A DNA stretch of 63,080 bases, counting the filler, from Cercozoa sp. M6MM (taxonomy: Eukaryota; Protista; Endomyxa: Ascetosporea): NCBI GenBank assembly GCA_040357565.1. It is 10 parts of 10 records of this genome, joined end to end, with 100 filler letters (N's around TTAATTAATTAA, not from the genome) between each part and the next. Parts side by side here need not be neighbours in the genome. Positions count along the whole stretch, not along the records: positions 41,719 to 50,072 come from JBDODJ010000544.1; positions 50,173 to 55,256 come from JBDODJ010000981.1; positions 55,357 to 58,422 come from JBDODJ010001624.1; positions 58,523 to 61,862 come from JBDODJ010001495.1; 6 more parts are not named here. One strand, 5' to 3'. Position numbers and translations under genes: made by a program. This document shows, piece after piece, positions 48,565 through 59,449 of this stretch (position 1 is its first letter; the number at the start of each line of letters is the position of its first letter). The notes below the pieces were generated by a model that was given only the letters and a program-made list of their open reading frames with translations, made no database searches and had not been told where the DNA came from.

Positions 48565-49187
48565 TGTTACGGTATGGGAACCAGTAACTAAGGTATTGAT
48601 ACAGCATGAGCTACATTGTATCCGCGCGGAAGCAACCCTACAACTTTCAAAAATCCTCAAGAGAGGTGTGGATGTTTTTGACGTGTGTTCGCTGGTATCC
48701 TGACCTACTGAGAGCTTCAGTCCAGACTGTGAAACACCTGTGTTTGGGTAGGGAAGTCTTGGGCAAGCTTTTTGCAGTTGAACTCAAAGAAGGGCTCTCG
48801 ACCAGGACAGGTTGCCACGTCGATGCGGAGGATCAGAAGACATGCCCTTGTAGAAAAGGTCGTCGGAAGCTTGAAGGCTTGTGGATGGCAATTAAAAAAG
48901 AACAGCCCAAGCACTATCGCGGCAGAACGTATCAAGTGCGAAGGGACAAGAGCTCCGTAGAAGGAAGCTGGAGAAGAGATACCTGCAGCCAAAGTGCTTG
49001 ACCCGAGCTAGGAAGTCAGGTCTGCACAACACTTGACAATGCAAAGTAGAAGCCTCAGGATGTGATGCAGGAGATGCCTGGCAAAACAAATCCTTTACTA
49101 TCAACCACACCAGTTCAGATTTGATCGTCCGGGCCGACGAGCAGTCAAGTGACAATTTGACTGGTCGAGAAACGCTATGCCATAACA
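48565..49187 (+). mobile_element. Solo LTR-like element, copy 3 (623 bp, long variant)
   Basis: TGTTACGGTAT...ATGCCATAACA; shares both ends with copy 1 and carries an extra internal segment that also occurs at 16724-16860. Confidence 0.8.
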
Positions 49188-49318
49188 TATGCGTAAGCCA
49201 ATGTAGAGTCTGTGCATAGCTGCTGCTTTTTATTACTACCAACCGGATGCCCTACTCAACGACACACATCCATTCGGGGAGCCAAGCGCCAGGATGTGTA
49301 GCTGGTGCCGCCTGAGCG

Positions 49319-50022
49319 ATGACGGCCTCGCAGGTTCTGCCGGGGATCTCTGAACTACTGGATGTGCAGATCACAGACGGCTTTTGTGATTATCGCAAGC
49401 CAAAGTTGCCGGAGTCGTGGCTCAAGGAAGTCGACGACCGCGTGGCCGCTCTTTCGAATGCTTCGGGCTCCGGCCATCCCCAAGTGTCATTGTCGGCCTG
49501 CCTAAATTTTTACCTGGGATTTTATCTTGTGGGCGCACTGTTTTCATAAATCTTGGTTATCTATCTCCCACCGGCCGTCTTTTATGCGAGTGCGGTGAGA
49601 TGTGTTTTTGCACTGTGCAGAGGATGCACGTCCAGCCGTCGACTTGAGCGGCGACGGAAGGACTCATGTCCGCGTGTGTGGCTAAATTATCTCGCGTCTC
49701 TTGAATATCCCGGTGTCTGGTTTGCCTCTATGTTTCATTTTGCACGAGGTCCCAGAGGTCACGCGATTTGTGTGCAGCTGCCAATGCGCACAACGCGTCG
49801 TTCGAGTGAGGAGATCCCCGTGCGTCTTCCCTTTTTGTTTGCGTGCTTTGCCTTTGTGACGCAAACAAAGCAACCATCGGGCCGCAGACCCAGCAAGAAC
49901 AAAGAGAATGACAAATGGAAGTGTACAAACTTAGACTCGACGCTTCACCTGTTTCGCCGTGAGTCTTTAACAGCAAGACCGACTCGTGCTCCAAGCGCGC
50001 ATCGCTCAGCAAACAGACGAGG
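49319..50022 (+). CDS. Hypothetical protein, 5' part
   Basis: Coding-like ORF MTASQVLPGISELLDVQITDGFCDYRKPKLPESWLKEVDDRV, followed by probable short exons up to the contig end. Confidence 0.3.
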
Positions 50023-50023
50023 T

Positions 50024-50072
<49 letters not shown>

Positions 50073-50172
50073 NNNNNNNNNNNNNNNNNNNNNNNNNNNN
50101 NNNNNNNNNNNNNNNNTTAATTAATTAANNNNNNNNNNNNNNNNNNNNNNNNNNNNNNNNNNNNNNNNNNNN

Positions 50173-50219
<47 letters not shown>

Positions 50220-50221
<2 letters not shown>

Positions 50222-51786
50222 TACGAAAATAAGCCCACATTCAGCAACCTGTTCTTCCAGCTCCATAACCGCAACTGCGACCATACCGTGTACGACGCGT
50301 GCTCCTAGATACTTTGAACTATAGTTTTCCATGCGCAGGTCAAGAAGTGGGCCTAACGAACTCATGATGCTCCCACGTAACGTTCACAGAGTCAGCATCA
50401 ATCCAGAGCGCGTGTGTATCAAAACCCTCCTTGTTTCTCCCTGAGTGCAATGCATGAAGCTTCAGTTCGACCTCAAGGACGCCTACGTGGAGCTCCTCGA
50501 GCACGGTTTAAACTACCCGCTCGCATCTTGCATAGCTCGAAGCACCCCTTTTGATGGAACTAGCTAATGTACACCGTCCGTGTCATTTCACCACGCGGCT
50601 CTGTTTCTCAGTCGGTTCTGTTGATACAGCCGAGTACTGAGTAACAGGTTGAATGGGCAGGCACTACCGTAGTACGAATAGTAACATTTGCAATATTGCA
50701 TCGCAGAGGAGTAAGTAAATTCAAATGCACTGGCAGTCGAGTGCAGGAAATGGGTGAGAGAGTTCAGTTTCGTGTTCGAGAGGTGTGACGCGGCGATGCT
50801 TCTTCAATGTTCAAAAGGGACCCAGTCTACCTGCCAGTGCGTGCGTGCGCCACACAGAGAGTCGGTGACGGCCGAGATCTTGACAGTTGCCGTCACGCTT
50901 GCTTGGGTGAGGTGCTTGTGACTCGAGCCTAGACAGTGAGCAGGTCGAAGTGCACCTGGAGCAGCTCGCTGGCCTCCGAGACAGTCAGTTCTTGCTCCTT
51001 GAGAGCGCGAGTGACCGCCATGCAGGCGCGCGTTGAGCTCTGGCTCGCCGAGTCAGTAGCACGTGCCACTTGCGTGTGTCTACAAAAAGCCAAAGTCAGA
51101 ATTATACAAGCATTCATGATGATGCAGAGAGGCAGAGAAACCAGGTACCGTTTCTTGGGCGGCACGTAGAAGGGCAACTCCTGGGCCAAGTCGTGGTAGG
51201 GCGCGCAGGTTGCTGCACACGGTACACGACATTGCAGTGATACCACACACACACACACACACACATACTGCAGCGTGTCCTGCACACGAAGCCTGACGAG
51301 GAAAGGACAGAAATGCACACGCACCCTGCTGAGCGGCAACAAAGGCGGCGTGCAGCGCCACCAGCGAGCCGAGGCGACGCTGCACAGCGAGCTGCCGCTG
51401 ACGACGACGCACGCCGGCGGCGACCTGCTCGGCCACGACCGAGCCGTAGCGACGCGTGGCGCTGCGAGCGTGCGCTTCCGCCACACGAGCGACGGACTCG
51501 GCGGCGGCCAGACGTTCAGCACGACGGGCACCGAAGCGCGGTCGGCTGAAGTGCAAGTTGAAGTGCAAGTGCAAGTTGAAGTGGGGACGGTGTTCGCGGA
51601 TGTATTCCGCCACGGTCTTGCGGGAAAGCTTCTGCACACACAGGCACAACACTCATCAAGAAACCTTTGCACAACAACAAGAGTAAAACAAGGTTTTAGG
51701 CACACACGGCTTGCACACCAACAGCTGGCACACCAACAAACACAGGGTGAGTCACCATTGTTGTTGTAGCAGTACTTCTTGATCAT
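50220..51786 (-). CDS. Hypothetical coiled-coil protein (3' partial)
   Basis: GT-AG exon chain including KLSRKTVAEYIREHR...AERLAAAESVARVAEAHARS and TQVARATDSASQSSTRACMAVTRALKEQEL. Confidence 0.45.
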
Positions 51787-52588
51787 GTAAAAGACAAAAG
51801 TTTGGTTGATCGAAAAGTGATCAAGTGACTTGGTCCATCACTTTTGAAGTGTGCCGTTTGCCGAGTGTGCCACCATTTCCACAATTTCCATGTTTTGCGC
51901 ATTTTCTCCTTGCACAGTGCACCTCCAGACGGCTAACTGAGCACGAGCACCCTTATTCACTAACTCGCAGAGCACCCAGCACTCGTTTCGCTCTAAAAGG
52001 CGCTGTGCTTCGATTTCAGAAATCCAAACCAGCAGTCGGCGTGCGCACGATTTGAAGGATTTTGAGGACTAGGGACCGATCTAAGGCCCACTAAATGGCA
52101 TGAAGGCCGCACAATGATGTTCCACACCACCTCTGAAAGTTTCTGCTTGTCCTTAGCTTTTCCCAGATTTGTTGCCACGACAACGATTTAATGATTGTAC
52201 AGCAAGCCGTGCGATCTGGCTATAGATGGCTTATCTGAACGACTTGCGTTGGCATTGATGACAAGTGTCGTTCTAATTTTTGCTTCCTAGGCTGCACGTA
52301 CCGCCATTGCGCCATGGCAAAACGTCCAGTTGCGGAGTCGTTTGTTTCGTAAGTTTTCGTTGCGTTATTCGACACATATTACATCCACGCCGCGATCTTG
52401 CAGAATGCGCATTGCCACGGTACCTGGAGGATGACGGCGGCGCTAGATGCAGCACTGTCACTGTTCAGTACTGTTTAGGACTTGAGATTAAACTGCCATC
52501 TAGCATACGTCAGCAGGGTACAGTCCACGAAATGGTCAGTGGCGCTTTAATGCGACACTCGTTTGTCAGTGGCGCTTTCGTCGCCAAG

Positions 52589-54426
52589 TCAGAACTGTGG
52601 ATCAACCCACTCGAACGAGTATGTAGGTGGCCTGATCATACAATGTTAGGGCAGCGATGCATGATACAGATAGCAACATAAGCACGAGAAGGTAGCAGCA
52701 ATACTCAGGTATCTTTGAAAAGGCGTCACGGCCCGGCTGCGTATAACGGCTACGTTGTTCTGCACAAATGTTGACCCCACTGGCTCATATCGACGACAGC
52801 CTGCAGTTCAAGGTCAGAGAGCTACCAGTCTGAAAGTCTCTGGATTCGGTGACTCCGACACGACGGGGCAGGCACATCGTTCGGGTTTCCACGGGCTTTC
52901 TCACATAATCCACACGGTAGGTAGAAGTGCCTTCAAACTCGATCGGTTTAGGCAGAGCGCAAGCAACGGGCTTCGACTCCGGTACTTTCTTGATTTCGTA
53001 CTTTCGGTACGCCTCATGCGCAGTAGAATCACCTTTGTAGAAGGGGACAGTGCGCTTAAGCTTTGGCCTGGTCCGAACCAGCTTTTCCGAAGAAAGCTCT
53101 TTGCGATCAAAGTCGCACTTGTACGTTGTCGACTCTTCAAACTTGGCCTTGGCTGCAGAAACACGCGAAACTCCATCCTACGCTCGTAGGGAAAGGAGTA
53201 CCTTCGACACGAGTTCGTGGCCTCTGCAGACGAGACTTGGTTAACTCTTCCAAAGCCTATTTAAAACCAGAATGTCTTAGATTGAGCGTATATGGGTTTC
53301 GTGTTTGTACCGTTCTGCAGTACTGCTTGGCTGCCTCACCGTCAAACGTCACAGAATACGTGCTTTCCGCTTTAAACGGAGCAGAACTTCGTTTGAGCAA
53401 AGCGGTGCGCTTCGCCAGCTGCTTTGCTCGGCTTGCCTCGTCAGGGACCGGCAACTTGTGTTCATGGAATTCTTGTGAGTACAGCGACTCGCCAACAAAC
53501 TTCGCTTTTGAAGGAACATAGCGAGGCACAGCAGTGCGCGGAGGTGTGCTTGGTGCTTCGATTGTGTAAGCTTTGTAGCTCGCCTGGTTGGTCGACTCAC
53601 CGAATGGAAAGTTACGCTTCGGAGCACTAAACTTGCGACGGCGAAGTGGGCTCTCAGCGGAATGTGCCTCTTTTGGAAGTTGTTTTGGAACAAAGTCTCC
53701 TGAGGAACAAACATTATGTCGCGAGAACCTCGTTCAAGGTAATCGAACCCCAACTCACTCTTATAGGATGACTGCATATCTGCCGGGAATGGAACAGATC
53801 GAGGGAACTTGAGCTGTGTTGAAATTGCAGTTCGTAAATCAACAGTCAATGTTAAGTACAACATCTCCCAGTTCGTTTTTGTTTCAATATGTAAATATGT
53901 GTACCTCTTTAGGTGCAATTTCGGGCTTGCTTGTGCGAGGTAGCTCTCGAGAAACAAAGTCATCTTGGTAGGATGAGTGCGACACAAACCGATGACGCTT
54001 TGGTGGCTTCCAAACGTGCGGCCGATGCTGTGCTGTTTCTTCTGGTGGGAGTTCTTTAAATGTGTAGGCAGTGGCTTGCTCGGACGATCCCTCGAATTTT
54101 GCCTTCCGGACGAGTTTGAAACTTTCTTGAAATTTCTTGCCCGTAACTTGTAGGTCGACCTGCGCAGGTAGTTCTTTTCGCGTGTACGCGCTTGCCATTG
54201 TCTGTAGGCGAAAACTCCTTTAAAAATCAAGCAGCGGAGGATACCAAGGATTTACCGACTCTCCGTGAAATTTAACTGGACGAGGAAATGCGACACGGTG
54301 ATGGTGTAGTCTTTCCGATACTCCTCGCGCTTCCTCGCCCAAATCACGTTTGATGTATTCTTTCCGATATTCCGACTTTATACTACGTGGGAAGCGCCAT
54401 CGTCGTATAAGGATTTTTTCCGGCAT
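52589..54426 (-). CDS. SAXO/FAM154-like axonemal microtubule inner protein (Mn-motif repeats)
   Basis: Repeated F-x-G/x-S-T/S-Y-x-x-D/E-F/Y motifs: KFEGSSEQATAY, FVSHSSYQDDF, KFVGESLYSQEF, FKAESTYSVTF, KFEESTTYKCDF, FEGTSTYRVDY. The last exon is tentative. Confidence 0.8.
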
Positions 54427-54884
54427 GACGCGAAATCTCTGCAAAACGTGTATCGATTAAACTTAGCTGAAGACCTCGCAACAAATTGCCAGCAGGCGGG
54501 TGAAGAAACACACAGCACCACCTCTCCAAACCCTTATCTGCTTCCCAGCTCGTCCTGGACTTGTTTCACGCCTTCAGCAAACTCTGTACTCGCATTAGCA
54601 AAAATGCGGTCATGCAAAACGTTTTTGTGGACTCTGGATGAAAGCAAGAGAAACGCAAGTTGACACATGTTCCTGGCACATTGAAATCACTATAAAAACT
54701 GGTTCGTTGTTTCCCGCCAAGGAGCAGCACATCAACTTCATCGGTTTCCAGTTGGCAACTGAGCTGACACGCGAGCTGAAGAAATATTACATGCCACTTA
54801 AGCCGAGTCCTACGGCACTCTTGTTACGAAGCGATATTTTCCATCTGGTCAGATCTGTCTGAGCTCTGGTGCCTCCTTCTCCTT

Positions 54885-54975
54885 TCTTCCTTCTTCTGAC
54901 TACCAGGCCTCTCTTCCTTCTTCTGACTACCAGGCCTCTCTTCCTTCTTCTGACTATCAGGCCTCTCTTCCTTCC
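54885..54975. repeat. 27-bp tandem repeat x3 (CTTCCTTCTTCTGACTACCAGGCCTCT)
   Basis: Visible near-perfect triplication in a stop-ridden region that may be a retroelement relic. Confidence 0.85.
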
Positions 54976-55357
54976 GGACCACTCTACTTCCTGTACTTTA
55001 CCGATCCTATCTTGCGGTAACTGCATCTGAACTGACTACGTCTACGGACTCACTTTCTTCTTCACATCGATTCCATTTGTTTCTTTAGCGTAGTCTTTCC
55101 TAGCATAAGTTGAGTACTCTTTTGCACTGCCAAAGCCTCAATTTCTGAAAGGCTGCGGCAACACTATACTGTTAGAATATCTGGTTCTACCCTTTGGCGC
55201 TCTCAAAACGGCCTGTCAGAGGTGAGTCACCCAGCGGGAAGTGCCCAATATTATAGNNNNNNNNNNNNNNNNNNNNNNNNNNNNNNNNNNNNNNNNNNNN
55301 TTAATTAATTAANNNNNNNNNNNNNNNNNNNNNNNNNNNNNNNNNNNNNNNNNNNNC

Positions 55358-56533
55358 AGTGATATCGACAACGTGCTCCCAGTCGGCGCCCTGAGAAAGA
55401 GACAAAACGGGAGGGAATAAAGGGGGGACAAAGGGTAGGTCAAGCCTACAGCAGCGTTGAGCATGATGCGCAGATTCTCGATCAACTGTCTCGTCTGCGC
55501 CTCGATGTCGAGCTTCCACTCGCCTAGGGAATAGCAGCAGAGGCAAAGGGTAATGAGGGCAAGGGGGAGGGTAATTAAAGGTAGCAGAAGGGGTAACAAA
55601 TAGGCAAAAATACCATCGACAAGCTCGGCACCGACATGCGTGTTATCCGGTCGGCGACTGCTCGTACCCGACAGGTACAGCATACCTGCAGACTCTGAGA
55701 TACCCCACCCCTACCCCTCCACCTTCTCAGGGTACCATTGCAGCGGCGTGCGTGCGGGTAGTGTGCCAAAGCACGTGCGCGATCATTCAGCACGATCGCT
55801 TCGGTCTGCGGCGGCTCCGGCTGAGTCTTGCGGCCGCTCACAAACTGCGCACATCAGTTTAACCACCCCGGGGCACAGACAGACAAAATACAAAAAGAGC
55901 AGGCGCCTCGACTTTGACTTTGCACTCCTGCGTCAGCAGTAGCAAGTCGCCTGCAGGAACATTTTTTAGACCAAAATTATTTTTTAATTTAAAAAAAATA
56001 CAAAAAGTACAAAATACGAAAACAAACAAAAAACAAAAAAAAAACACACAAATACAAACAAAAAACACAAAACAAAAAAAAACACAAAATACAAAAAAAA
56101 AACACAAAAACACAAACATAGAACACAAAAACAAAAATCCACAAAAAATATATCAAACCTTTCTGGACGCCGAATGTTTCGGTTCGCGTCTCGTGACACA
56201 AGGTGACCGCGTTGTCCGCTCCGTCCGCGCGGATCAGCACGCCAAACGGCCACTCGGGCACTTGCAAGCAGCCTACACCGACTCAGCTGGAGAGGGCTCT
56301 TTTCAAGATGAGTCACTCACCGTCTGCATCAACACCGACGTCGCTCACTGAGGCGAGCTTCTCGCGCTCAGCGACGCCGTGGAACGCGCACTGCTCGTCC
56401 TGCAGACGCTCGGCCTCAAAGTGCCAGTACCTAAGCCAGCGACACAAAATCAACAAAAAACCATAGTTGTTTTTTTTTTTTTGCATTCCTACCTGAGACC
56501 AAACTGACTCTTCAACGTAGCCCAGGTAGGCAT
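55358..56533 (-). CDS. Fusion of an N-terminal cupin-like domain and a RidA/YjgF-family 2-aminomuconate deaminase (3' partial)
   Basis: In-frame splicing: MPTWATLKSQFGLR|YWHFEAE...DAD|GCLQVPEWPFGVLIRADG...TFGVQK|GDLLLLTQECKVKVEAPALF|FVSGRK...ARALAHYPHARRCN|GMLYLSGTSSRRPDNTHVGAELVD|GEWKLDIEAQTRQLIENLRIMLNAA|GADWEHVVDIT. SGTSSRRPDN and LDIxAQTR are characteristic of AmnD/NbaF-type deaminases. Confidence 0.8.
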
Positions 56534-56667
56534 TCTATTAGAATATAACACGTGCACGCACACTTACGAACCAAAATAACGTCGGCACAACACAAGTCAC
56601 TATTTTAAGGGTGTCGAACCAGTTGAATGCCGAGTGTGGTAGTGCCGATCGCCTAATTGCTGTGCGC

Positions 56668-58281
56668 ATGTTGGTGCCAGTGCTGGCGTTGTGCGCTGTG
56701 GGCGCAATCGTTTGGTATCTGCATCGGCGTCGATGCGCCCCGCCGGTTCGTATAGACCGGCCTTTTTTTGTATTCTTTTGATTGTTGACTTGCTCTGTGT
56801 GGGCTGCAGCGACTCTACCACCAGCACACACGCGAGCACGCAGCGTTGCTGCGTGATGTTCCGCAGCTTTTGTCAGAATTTGTACCGACGCCGTGGCTGG
56901 CACTGCAGTATAACTCTAATATGGGTTGTGGGTTGGATGGGGGGGGGGGGATATCATTGCGACAAGTGTGGCTGCGTAGCCTGCTGCAGACACTGGTGTC
57001 GAACGCGTGGAGGTCACCGCCGTCGCTGTCGTTTGTGCGGGAGACGATTCACGGCGAGGACGGCGAGTTGCTGCACCTGGACTGGGCCAGGTGCACCAGT
57101 CCTCTGCAGGAGGAGCATTCGCATGTGACCCTGCGTGAGGCACTAGCTGGCCAGCACCCAGAGTCCTCGCTGGCACAGGAGGATTCGCCCATTGGTACCC
57201 CTCTTGCTGTGGTTGTATCACCTGTGTGTTACCCAGGTTTCTCTCTTGTGTAGTGCTGGTGCTCCATGGCATCTCGGGAGGCTCGCACGAGGTCAACATT
57301 CAGTGGTTCGTCAAGGTGATGGCACGCGATGGCTTCCGTGTCTGCGTCGTTAATCGGTAGTCCTTACTCCTATCCCTACCCTTCCTTTCCCCCCCCCCCC
57401 CCCCCGCAGAAGAGGATGCGCGCCCGGTGCGCCGCCACTGCGTCGCGGCAAGTTCTACCTGTACGGCGACACATGCGACTTTGCGTGCGTCGTGCGACAT
57501 GTCGTGCGCAAGTACTTGAGTCGTCCCAGTGGTGCCCTTTTCTTTGCTCCCTCTTTGCCCCTACCCCTCATCTTTCCCTACCCTTCATTTTCCCCCTACC
57601 CTCACCTACCCTCAGGACGTGCGCCACCTTTACTGGCGGCTGGTTTCTCTGCCGGTTCGAATGTTCTAGTGCGCTACTTGGTAGTTCTCTTGTGTTCTTG
57701 CCCCCTTCCTTTTTCCTCTTAACTCTTGCCTCGTTGTGTGGTACAGGGTGAGTGTGGAGACAGTTGTCCCATCGATGCGGCAGTGTCGGTGTGCAATGGC
57801 TTCGATCTGGCCCGTGTGGCGACCTCGCTTAAGTGAGTCGATTTGTCCCTACCCCCAGGTAGTATGCAAGTACTGTCGTACATGTACTGTCCGAGCAGAC
57901 AGAGCACCCTGGGTCGTCTCGGGTTGGATGCTTACATGGCACGTGTGATGCGACAAGTCTCCTACGAGCGGCATGCTTCGGCACGTCGCTGTGCTGGTGC
58001 ATTCACCTCTCTGTTTTGTTGTTGGTGTTGTTGCAGGTACTGCATTCCTCTTGGGCAGTGGAGAACAAGGAACTGGACCGCACGGAGATGCTCAAGATTC
58101 AGAGTTTCATCGACTACGACGAGCAGTACACGCGGTACGCTTCACTTCTCCTCGGGTGTATTTACTTACTGTTGCACACGCACAGACGTGTGCATGGCTA
58201 CGACTCGGTGCACGACATGTACGCCGACAATAGCTGCATTGAACACCTCCGACATGTTCGTGTTCCGCTTCTGCTGCTTGG
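56668..58281 (+). CDS. ABHD1/2/3 (YheT/Eht1-like) alpha/beta hydrolase (3' partial)
   Basis: N-terminal TM; FVPTPWL; RETIHGEDGELLHLDW; VLVLHGISGGSHE; VVNR|RGC; AAGFSAGSNVLVRYL|GE; DYDEQYTR|VHGYDSVHDMYADNSC...VRVPLLLL. Confidence 0.92.
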
Positions 58282-58301
58282 TACAGTTGTTGCTGTCTTG
58301 C

Positions 58302-58422
<121 letters not shown>

Positions 58423-58522
58423 NNNNNNNNNNNNNNNNNNNNNNNNNNNNNNNNNNNNNNNNNNNNTTAATTAATTAANNNNNNNNNNNNNNNNNNNNNN
58501 NNNNNNNNNNNNNNNNNNNNNN

Positions 58523-58562
<40 letters not shown>

Positions 58563-58576
58563 GTTCTGTCGGACAG

Positions 58577-59074
58577 ATAAGGAGAACGCGCACCTGCCGT
58601 TGGTGCAGCGGCGCGAGTTCCACGGCGACCCGTCGATGCCGCAGGTGCTTGCCCCTTCTTAAAGCGGAGAGACTGAAGTTGATCTGTCTGTGCATCTTTC
58701 GCCAGGTCCTCGACGTGACGGTGCCGTTGCAACTGTCACTGCGTGAGAGTGACGGCGCGTTGGTCATGCCGGCCTGTCGGTACCTCTGCTTCCTCTTGTC
58801 AATGATGCTCATTAGATGTTGACGACACCACCCTGGCAACAGTCGCGCCGAAGCTGTTGGTTTCTACGACGTCACGCTTGAAGGCTCCGCTGCCTCGCTG
58901 CTGGTGCGCTACCGTCACGTTGCGAGGTACACCAAGTTGTCTCTCCGCCTGTGTCAGCGCGACCTAGTGTGAGTTTTGTGCTGCAGTGGCGAGGTGCTCG
59001 AGGCGCAGTTCGGCGATTTTGATGCCGTGCACCTGCCGCGGCGAGACCGGCACCGTCTGTTGCCTCTGCCGTAA
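58577..59074 (+). CDS. DNAJC11-like protein, C-terminal (DUF3395) exons (5' partial)
   Basis: VLDVTVPLQLSL...GFYDVTLEGSAASLLVRYRHVA|GEVLEAQFGDFDAVHLPRRDRHRL matches the remembered segment VIDVTVPLQ...GFYDP...LKVLY...EALRIP. Confidence 0.78.
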
Positions 59075-59449
59075 GCTAGCTCAGCGTCAGTTAATTTAGT
59101 CCCATTTTGTTCGGTTAACGTTCTTCTGTTTGGGTCGCGTTTAAACGGTCGCGTCGCGTCGGGTTGGTCCGATCCAGTAGCGTGCCGCGTGCCGCACTGT
59201 ATGCAGCGCGCTTCGCCGGACCGCGTCAACTGAATGTGACTGCCTCGATCCCTTCTGCGCAGCGTTTCTCCAAAAGAACTGAAGCGACGTAGCGTTCGGG
59301 TCACTGGTCAAAACATCATTATTTACGCTTGTGTTCACTGCTGTAAACGAATCGCCAGTGGTGTATCACTGCAAATCCGACCCAGAATCGAACGGAAAGA
59401 GTTGACATTGAGTATTTCCGCTTGCCAAGTTGCCGTTGATTCTAGAGAG

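Noticed and set aside
54885-54975. 27-bp repeats as a CRISPR-like array
   Set aside because: Head-to-tail repeats with no spacers, in a eukaryotic context.
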